24,150 bases of DNA, from positions 1 to 24,150 of the forward strand of contig JAWCKV010000011.1 of NCBI GenBank assembly GCA_038851565.1, in the 5' to 3' direction. This document shows positions 17,917-24,150 of the stretch, in pieces. The notes beneath the pieces are model-generated. The model saw only the letters and a program-made list of their open reading frames with translations, ran no database searches and was not told the DNA's origin. The position numbers and the translations under genes were made by a program. Origin of the DNA: Candidatus Hadarchaeales archaeon (GTDB lineage: Archaea; Hadarchaeota; Hadarchaeia; Hadarchaeales; Hadarchaeaceae). Positions within the stretch are counted from its first letter, which is position 1; every line of letters begins with the position of its first letter.

Positions 17917-18588
17917 ATGGACACTGCCGCGCTCCGTACCATAACCTATGGGCTTTACGTTGTGGGTTCATCAGATGGGGAGAGAATCAGCGGCCAGATA
18001 GCAAATTCAGTGATGCAGGTCACGGCTACCCCTCCGAAGGTGGCCGTGTGTATAAACAAGCAAAACATGACGCACGAGGTAATATCGAGGGGCAGGGTGT
18101 TCTCAATTTCCGTGCTCGAGAAGGAAACTCCGATGAAGTTGATCGGGTTGTTTGGATTCAGAAGCGGCAGGGATGTTGACAAGTTTAAGGAGATCAGGTA
18201 CTCCCGCGGAATAACCGGGGCGCCCCTCCTGCTGGAGAACGCGCTCTCGCATGTCGAGGCGAGGGTTGTCTCTGAGCACGATGTGGGCACCCACACCATC
18301 TTTGTGGGAGAAATTGTTGAGGCAAGGGTGATCAAGGAAGGAGAACCCCTCACGTACTCGTACTACCGGCAGATCAAGGGAGGAAATGTGCCAAAAACCG
18401 CGACAACCTACTCGGAGGTGAAAGAGATGGAGAAGTACAGGTGCACCATCTGCGGATACATCTATGACCCTGCTGTTGGCGACCCTGATTCAGGCGTGGG
18501 TCCCGGGACCCCGTTCGAGAGCCTGCCCGACAGCTGGGTGTGTCCAGTTTGCGGTGCGGAGAAATCAGCCTTCGAGAGGGTGAAGTAG
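17917..18588 (+). CDS. Flavin reductase-rubredoxin fusion (high-molecular-weight rubredoxin, Hrb-like)
   Basis: [42 protein letters not shown] and PLTYSYY, then rubredoxin [12 protein letters not shown]...[11 protein letters not shown]. Confidence 0.92.
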   Translation: MDTAALRTITYGLYVVGSSDGERISGQIANSVMQVTATPPKVAVCINKQNMTHEVISRGRVFSISVLEKETPMKLIGLFGFRSGRDVDKFKEIRYSRGITGAPLLLENALSHVEARVVSEHDVGTHTIFVGEIVEARVIKEGEPLTYSYYRQIKGGNVPKTATTYSEVKEMEKYRCTICGYIYDPAVGDPDSGVGPGTPFESLPDSWVCPVCGAEKSAFERVK

Positions 18589-18727
18589 ATAACCTGGGTT
18601 AACTGCGGGCACATGTGCACGGAGGCTGGCACGACCCACGCAAGAATTGATATAAGAAAGAAGCATGCTCTAAATTGCCATCAGAAAACACAAGCGCTAT
18701 AGGGGCCGACATGTCAGTGAATGATCG

Positions 18728-18883
18728 ATGAAGTGCAGGCACGGCAGGCTGGAGTTTCTGGGCAAGGAAAAGGGTGACGGCGAGGCCAACATGTACTACA
18801 TTTGCAAGGAGTGCGGGAGCGTCCTGGTTTTCACAAAGGATAAAAAGGCCTACTCCGTCGTTAGGGAACAACCATGCGGCTGA
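18728..18883 (+). CDS. Putative Zn-finger microprotein, 51 aa (not in the ORF track)
   Basis: Manual translation MKCRHGRLEFLGKEKGDGEANMYYICKECGSVLVFTKDKKAYSVVREQPCG shows CxH...CxxCG. Host-like codons, and it fills an otherwise empty gap. Confidence 0.65.
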   Translation: MKCRHGRLEFLGKEKGDGEANMYYICKECGSVLVFTKDKKAYSVVREQPCG

Positions 18884-18931
18884 AGTTTGCAACCTATTTA
18901 TGTGTCAACGCATACCTTCTGTGGTTATCAA

Positions 18932-19129
18932 ATGGTGGAAGATCACAGACACTGCGTGGTCTGCGGAAAGCCGACTGCTCCAGAGAAGTTTTTCTGCTCG
19001 CCGTCCTGCGAGGCGCTTTTCAGGCAGGGACAGAGGCGGGCCGTCAGATACAGGAACATGATGATCGTCCTCCTCGTGGTGATCTTTGCGCTGCTGTTCG
19101 TCACCTACATGCTTCGCGCTGGCGGCTAG
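18932..19129 (+). CDS. DUF2116-family Zn-ribbon membrane protein
   Basis: MVEDHRHCVVCGKP...FCSPSC, a basic stretch and a C-terminal TM helix. Start ATG 18932. Confidence 0.82.
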   Translation: MVEDHRHCVVCGKPTAPEKFFCSPSCEALFRQGQRRAVRYRNMMIVLLVVIFALLFVTYMLRAGG

Positions 19130-19132
19130 ACC

Positions 19133-19552
19133 TCATTCCCAGTCCAGCAGCCTCTTCTCCCCCTCTATCTTTCTGATCTCCGTGATGTCCTGCGTGACCT
19201 CAAGACATCCCAGGTATTCCCCGGATGGATCGCGCACGGCAAAGTACCTTATGTATATGGTCCTGCCGTTCATGTCTATCCAAAATTCCGCAACGTCCCG
19301 CCTCCCGCTCTTGAATTCCTCCAGTATCCTGTTGACCACGTGGATGCTTTTCTGTGGATGACAGTTCTGGACCTTTTTGCCTATGATGGCCTTGGTCCTC
19401 TGAAATATCCTGTGTCCGCCGTTGAAGTACCTCACTGTGTCGTCGCGGTCAACGAAAGTTATGTTCACCGGGAGGGCGTTTAGAATGGCCTCAAGTTCAG
19501 CCGTGCTCAGGGTCCCGGTCTCCAGCTTTACATCCTTCGTATGCTCGGGCAT
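19133..19552 (-). CDS. Stand-alone PAS domain protein (PAS_10/DUF438-associated type)
   Basis: GTLSTAELEAILNALPVNITFVDRDDTVRYFN, IIGKKVQNCHPQKS, EFWI, IRYFAVRD..GEYLGCLEVTQDIT and GEKRLLDW. Confidence 0.88.
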   Translation of the reverse strand: MPEHTKDVKLETGTLSTAELEAILNALPVNITFVDRDDTVRYFNGGHRIFQRTKAIIGKKVQNCHPQKSIHVVNRILEEFKSGRRDVAEFWIDMNGRTIYIRYFAVRDPSGEYLGCLEVTQDITEIRKIEGEKRLLDWE

Positions 19553-19575
19553 CGTTGATAGTTTTAGCCCTCACG

Positions 19576-22272
19576 CTATATCACTTTTGGCCCCTGCAGC
19601 TCAACGAAGATGGTCACGGGGGGATCCGTGAGGGTTATTCTCTCCACCCTTCTCCCGAGGACCTCAGTTTCCCTCACCAGCCTCAGATCATCCCAGTCCA
19701 GCTCGATCACCCTTCCGGACACCTCGATCGTCAGCGTTCCGTCCATCAGCCTCCTTGCCACGTCCTCCGGTTCCATCCTCCCTATTTCCTCTATGACTCT
19801 CATGAGGTCCCCCCGGAGCCTGGGGCCGAGCCTCGCCGCATCCGGCTTCACCTCCACCACCCTTTCCTTGGCCTCGGGCAGCTCCCGCGTGATGACCAGC
19901 TCCTTAATCCTCGCAGTTCCCCTCAGGTCGTCGGCTATTTTTGAGATGTCATCGAGCAGCTCCCTGTCAGCGGAGTATATCTCCACCTTTTCCAGCTCCT
20001 GTCCAAGCGACATCTTCCTTGATGATTTGAACTGCCTGAGGGCGGCTATCAGGGATTTGGACAGCTCCCCGAGGCGCTCGGATTTTTCGTCGATCATCCA
20101 CTCCTCAAACTCCGGCCATCTGAGGAGCTGCACGCTGATCTCCCCAGCGTGCTCCGCAAAATACGTCTGGTACAGCTCCTCGCTGAAGTGCGGCACGAAC
20201 GGCGTCAGCATCCTCGTGACGTCAAACAGCACGCGGTGAAGGACAAACCTGGCGCCCTCCGCGCTTTCATCGTTTCCGTAGAGCCTGTGCTTCACGGCCT
20301 CTATGTAGAAATCGCAGAACTCGTGCCAGACGAAGTTGTGTATGGCTCCTAGGGCCCTGTTGAACTGGAAGTTCTCAAGGGAGTCCGTCACGTTTTTTAT
20401 CAGCCTTCCGAGCCTGCTGAGCATCCACCTGTCCAGGGGGCGGAAATTAATCTTTAGATGATCCGAGCGGGAGATTTCCTGACTCAGGTACTGACCCGCA
20501 AATCTGGCGGCGTTCCACAGCTTTCGCATGAAGCGGTGTCCGAACTCCACATCCTTCCAGCTGAAGGGAACGTCTGATCCTGTTGATGCGCCTATTGCCG
20601 CCCACTGCCTGAGGGCATCCGCACCGTACTTTTCCCTCGCCATCCCCGTGTCAACGTAGTTCCCGAGCGACTTGTGCATCGCCCTCCCATCGGTCCCAAG
20701 CACCATCCCGTTTATCAGCACCGTCCTGTACGGTGCCCTGTCAAAAAGCGCGAGGTGGCGCACCATGAGATAGTAGTCCCATGTCCTTATTATGTCGGTC
20801 CCATTGGGCTGTAGGTCAGCCGGAAACAGCCTATCATCCATCTCCGGCCATCCAGCGTGCACGGCTATGGTGATCGAGCTGTCCATCCATGTATCGAGCA
20901 CATCCCTTTCCGGCTCAAACCTCTCCCCGCCGCACTTTGGGCACCTTTCCACTGGCGGGCGATCCCTCTCCGGGATTGTTGGCAATTGCCTTTCGTCAGC
21001 GACAACAGGCTCTCCACATGCCGAGCAGTACCAAGCTGGTATGGGGGTGGCGAATATCCTTTGGCGGGAGATCACCCAATCCCAGTCCATTGAGCTCACC
21101 CAGTCAATAAATCTCGTTTTCATGTGTTCTGGGACCCACCTCACCTTTTCGGCTTCCTCCAGAACTCTTTCTCTCATGTCAAGGATCCTCATGAACCATT
21201 GGGGCATGCTCAATATCTCCACCGGCGTCTTGCACCTCCAGCAGAAACCCACGCTCTGTGAGATCTCTTCCTGCTTCACGAGCAGCCCTTCCCTCATCAG
21301 ATCCTCCAGCATGGCCTTCCTCGCATCCGTGACGCTCATTCCTCGGTATCTGCCGGCTGACTCCGTGAGCCTGCCCTTCTCGTCAATTAGCTTCACCACA
21401 GGGAGCTTGTGTTTTTTCACCCATCTGACATCGGTCTTGTCTCCAAATGTGCAGACCATCACAACCCCTGTGCCAAACTCGGGGTCCACTTCCTCGTCCT
21501 CGATTATGCCGACAACCTGCCTGAACGGCGGTACCTCCAGTTTCTCCCCCACATACTTCTTGTAGCGCTGGTCGCCGGGATGGACCGCCACCACCACGCA
21601 TGCTGGCAGGTATTCCGGCCGGGTGGTGGCTATAGTCAGGTATTCCTCTCTATCAGCCAGTTTGAATTTTATATAACTGAGCACGGTTTTTCTCTCGCCG
21701 TGTTCCACCTCCGCGTCCGCGATCGCGGTCTCGCACCTAGGGCACCAGTTCACCGGATGCTCTCCCCTGTAGATCATGCCCTTTCTGTAAAGCTGGATGA
21801 ATGATAGCTGCGTGCGCCTGTAGTAGTCAGGATCCATGGTGCGGTATTCCGTGGACCAGTCGATCGAAAATCCTAGGGAGTTCATCTCCTCCTTCATGTG
21901 GGCGATGTTCTCCTCGGTGAGCCTGATACAGAGCTCGCGGAACTTAGATGGGGAAAGATCTCCCTTTCTTATCCCGTATCTCCTCTCGACCTGGACCTCA
22001 GTGGGAAGCCCGTGACAGTCCCATCCCTGAGGAAAGAGCACGTTGAAGCCGCGCATCCTCTTGTACCGCGCGACTATGTCAAAGTACGTCCAGTTAAGGG
22101 CAGTCCCCATGTGGAACTCTCCGGAGGGATAGGGCGGAGGGGTGTCGATCACGTACACCGGCGTTGTCCGGTCATCCCTCCTGAACCTGTATATGTCGTG
22201 CTTCCTCCAGTGCTCCTGCCATTTTGGCTCAACACTCAGAGGGTCATAATCTGGCGAAATTTCCACGTTCAC
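19576..22272 (-). CDS. valS: Valine--tRNA ligase (archaeal type)
   Basis: IDTPPPYPSGEFHMG, QGWDCHGLPTE, IATTRPE, FGTGVVMVCTFGD, DWVISRQR, DTWMDSS, KMSKS-like AMHKSLGN and KLWNAARF. Confidence 0.96.
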   Translation of the reverse strand: MNVEISPDYDPLSVEPKWQEHWRKHDIYRFRRDDRTTPVYVIDTPPPYPSGEFHMGTALNWTYFDIVARYKRMRGFNVLFPQGWDCHGLPTEVQVERRYGIRKGDLSPSKFRELCIRLTEENIAHMKEEMNSLGFSIDWSTEYRTMDPDYYRRTQLSFIQLYRKGMIYRGEHPVNWCPRCETAIADAEVEHGERKTVLSYIKFKLADREEYLTIATTRPEYLPACVVVAVHPGDQRYKKYVGEKLEVPPFRQVVGIIEDEEVDPEFGTGVVMVCTFGDKTDVRWVKKHKLPVVKLIDEKGRLTESAGRYRGMSVTDARKAMLEDLMREGLLVKQEEISQSVGFCWRCKTPVEILSMPQWFMRILDMRERVLEEAEKVRWVPEHMKTRFIDWVSSMDWDWVISRQRIFATPIPAWYCSACGEPVVADERQLPTIPERDRPPVERCPKCGGERFEPERDVLDTWMDSSITIAVHAGWPEMDDRLFPADLQPNGTDIIRTWDYYLMVRHLALFDRAPYRTVLINGMVLGTDGRAMHKSLGNYVDTGMAREKYGADALRQWAAIGASTGSDVPFSWKDVEFGHRFMRKLWNAARFAGQYLSQEISRSDHLKINFRPLDRWMLSRLGRLIKNVTDSLENFQFNRALGAIHNFVWHEFCDFYIEAVKHRLYGNDESAEGARFVLHRVLFDVTRMLTPFVPHFSEELYQTYFAEHAGEISVQLLRWPEFEEWMIDEKSERLGELSKSLIAALRQFKSSRKMSLGQELEKVEIYSADRELLDDISKIADDLRGTARIKELVITRELPEAKERVVEVKPDAARLGPRLRGDLMRVIEEIGRMEPEDVARRLMDGTLTIEVSGRVIELDWDDLRLVRETEVLGRRVERITLTDPPVTIFVELQGPKVI

Positions 22273-22329
22273 TGGTCCACCCCGTAAATCATGCGCGTTT
22301 CATTTTAAACGCCTTTATGCCCGGTACCC

Positions 22330-22557
22330 TCACGCGACGATGAGAGAGGTCTCGGTATACTTCACTCCGCGCAGCTTCTGGATCTTCTCAACCACCGCGG
22401 TCCCGAGCTCCGTCAGGTCCTGGACTTCCACCCTTATCACTATGTCGAATCTGCCGGTTGTCGCTGCCGCAAATCTCACTCCCTGGAACTCCCTGATTTT
22501 CCCCAGCAGCTTTAGGGCCTGTCCGGGTTCGGTTCTTATGTAGACTATTGCCTGCAT
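22330..22557 (-). CDS. Stand-alone Lrp/AsnC ligand-binding (RAM) domain protein
   Basis: MQAIVYIRTEPG...TTGRFDIVIRVEV...IQKLRGVKYTETSLIV, 75 aa, with no HTH. Start ATG 22557. Confidence 0.88.
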   Translation of the reverse strand: MQAIVYIRTEPGQALKLLGKIREFQGVRFAAATTGRFDIVIRVEVQDLTELGTAVVEKIQKLRGVKYTETSLIVA

Positions 22558-22678
22558 GCTGCTCAATAATTGTTCTCCCCCCCATAAAAATTGGTTATCC
22601 CACACTGCCCGAATAAATTCCTGTCAGTTTTTAGACGCCCAACGCGAAAAGATTAAACACTTATATGGATAATATAAG

Positions 22679-23110
22679 ATGAGAAAAATGAACTTGAAGG
22701 CGCCGAAAAACGTCTCTTTTGAGTGTCAGCGCTGCGCGATGTGCTGTGGCGACACCTCCAGAAGGGGCAGGAACATACTGCTCATGGAGTCCGAGATTAA
22801 GCATATCTCCAAAAAAACGGGCGTCAAGCCGATATTTTTTGCCACCCCCATACCGAGCAGCGGGCCATACAGGTACAGGATGAAGAAAAAGAACGGAAAG
22901 TGCGTTTTTCTCGACGATAAGGCGTGCAGGATATACGAGTTCAGGCCGCTGATATGCAGGTTCTACCCGTTCTCGCTCTCAGTTAAAAACGGCACCTTCA
23001 TAGTGGATGTTTCTGACGAGTGCCCTGGCATAGGACTTGGTGACCCGCTCCCGGAGAGGCACTTCGAGTCCATGGTCGAGAGGGCTCTTAAGGAGTGGAA
23101 CGGCAGGTAA
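22679..23110 (+). CDS. YkgJ-family cysteine-cluster (CxxCxxCC) protein
   Basis: FECQRCAMCC, CVFL, CRIYEFRPLICRFYPF and CPGIG. Confidence 0.9.
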   Translation: MRKMNLKAPKNVSFECQRCAMCCGDTSRRGRNILLMESEIKHISKKTGVKPIFFATPIPSSGPYRYRMKKKNGKCVFLDDKACRIYEFRPLICRFYPFSLSVKNGTFIVDVSDECPGIGLGDPLPERHFESMVERALKEWNGR

Positions 23111-23114
23111 TATT

Positions 23115-24150
23115 TCAGTCCAGTATGCTCTCCATGACCTTTTCAGCCATGTGGTCCGGAGTGGGAATTCCCGTGACCTCCTCAGCCCTTTCAGTGAGCG
23201 ATATCAGATCGTCCCTGCTCAGAAGCTCGAGCTTCCACTTCCTGCAGCCTGCCAGAAGCTGCTTGAGGCCAACCCCTATCCTGTCGGTCAGATAGGTGTA
23301 GAGCCCAACTCCGGCAAGTGGGACATCCTTTCCCGCCTTCTTCCTGACCTCAGGCAGGCAGACGAAGAACCTCTCTGGATCCGTGCCGTATTCGTCCGCA
23401 AAGTCCTTCGGCAGCTTGCCGTTTTTCGCGAGCTCTATAAAGTATGTGGACTTCATGACGGCCGTGAGGGGTGCCCTTGCCATGGTTATGGCCTTTACGA
23501 GCGGACCATCCCCAAAGTTGCTCATCGCTATGGACTTGAAGATCTGCGTCTCGTTTATGAAGCCTCCTGCCATGCTAATATCTGGGACGTGCCTTCCCTT
23601 CTTCTTGAGGATTTGAGCGCACTTCAGCACCTGCGCCTCCAGGTAAACGGTCGGGGTGCTCATCTCGTTCATCATCGGCACGGGGCTCATGCCCGTGCCG
23701 CCGCCAGCGCCGTCGAAGGTTATATAGTCCACTTTAGCTTCGGACGCCACCTTCATCGTCCATGCCACATCCTCCGGACCGTAAGCGCCTGTCTTTAACG
23801 TGACGTGTTTTGCCCCCTGTTCCCTTAGCCATTCCACATCCTCAACGAAGTCCCTTTCGGCTGGCATGCCGACGCGGCTGTGCCGTTCGAAGCTCTTGAT
23901 GATCCCCGCCCTGTACGCCTCCTGGACCGTTTTATCTTCCGGATCCGGGATGACTATGTACCCACGTTTCTTGAGCTGGAGTGCCCTGTCAATATCTGTA
24001 AGCCTTATCTCTCCGCCTATCGCCTTCGCTCCCTGCCCCCACTTTCGCTCCAACACGTCTACCTCAAGCTTTGATATGGCGTAGACATCCACCCCGAGCC
24101 TCTGGTCCTCGACATTCGTCTGAACGGAAATCCCGCCGTACTTGCCATCC
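23115..24150 (-). CDS. FMN-binding glutamate synthase family protein (5'-truncated by the window edge)
   Basis: KWGQGAKAIGGE, FERHSRVG, LKTGAY, TFDGAGGGTGMSP and AGGF. The frame stays open to the window end (…DGKYGGISVQTNVEDQRLGVDVYA). Confidence 0.88.
   Translation of the reverse strand, partial: DGKYGGISVQTNVEDQRLGVDVYAISKLEVDVLERKWGQGAKAIGGEIRLTDIDRALQLKKRGYIVIPDPEDKTVQEAYRAGIIKSFERHSRVGMPAERDFVEDVEWLREQGAKHVTLKTGAYGPEDVAWTMKVASEAKVDYITFDGAGGGTGMSPVPMMNEMSTPTVYLEAQVLKCAQILKKKGRHVPDISMAGGFINETQIFKSIAMSNFGDGPLVKAITMARAPLTAVMKSTYFIELAKNGKLPKDFADEYGTDPERFFVCLPEVRKKAGKDVPLAGVGLYTYLTDRIGVGLKQLLAGCRKWKLELLSRDDLISLTERAEEVTGIPTPDHMAEKVMESILD

Noticed and set aside
18589..18727. Short palindromes (e.g. 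GCACATGTGC) in the spacer after rubredoxin as a possible tRNA or ncRNA
   Set aside because: No cloverleaf, T-loop consensus or extended stem; compatible with chance plus promoter sequence.
18599..19176. Track ORFs 18599-18892 (-), 18774-19061 (+) and 18874-19176 (+)
   Set aside because: They overlap the more credible 51-aa Zn-finger ORF and the DUF2116 gene in other frames and lack motifs.

Overview
Archaeal core-genome window: GC-rich, heavy AGG/ATA codon use, TATA-type promoters, aRF1, AglB/STT3-like protein, archaeal-type ProRS and ValRS. The lineage is probably an uncultured thermophilic anaerobe; a Hadarchaeota-like assignment is only a guess. Gene order: 3' part of rad50, a minimal protein-kinase-fold gene, a 2-TM protein, a divergent AglB/STT3, hisS, nfo (-), an inositol-lipid cluster (CDP-alcohol phosphatidyltransferase, PadR (-), ino1, PfkB kinase), proS (-), mscL, then pfpI / SAH-MTA deaminase / SAH(SIH) hydrolase, aRF1 (-), pyrH, a redox and metal microprotein cluster (Cys-rich desulforedoxin-like protein, flavin reductase-rubredoxin, Zn-finger microprotein, DUF2116, PAS (-)), valS (-), a stand-alone Lrp/AsnC ligand domain (-), YkgJ and the 3' part of an FMN glutamate-synthase-family gene (-). 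I saw no tRNA, rRNA, CRISPR array or mobile element. The most notable observations are a stripped-down kinase coupled to rad50, an AglB homologue with catalytic acids intact but WWDYG replaced by EWSFG, an apparently circularly permuted MscL, a PadR operator in the inositol cluster, and two small metal-binding ORFs missing from the ORF track.
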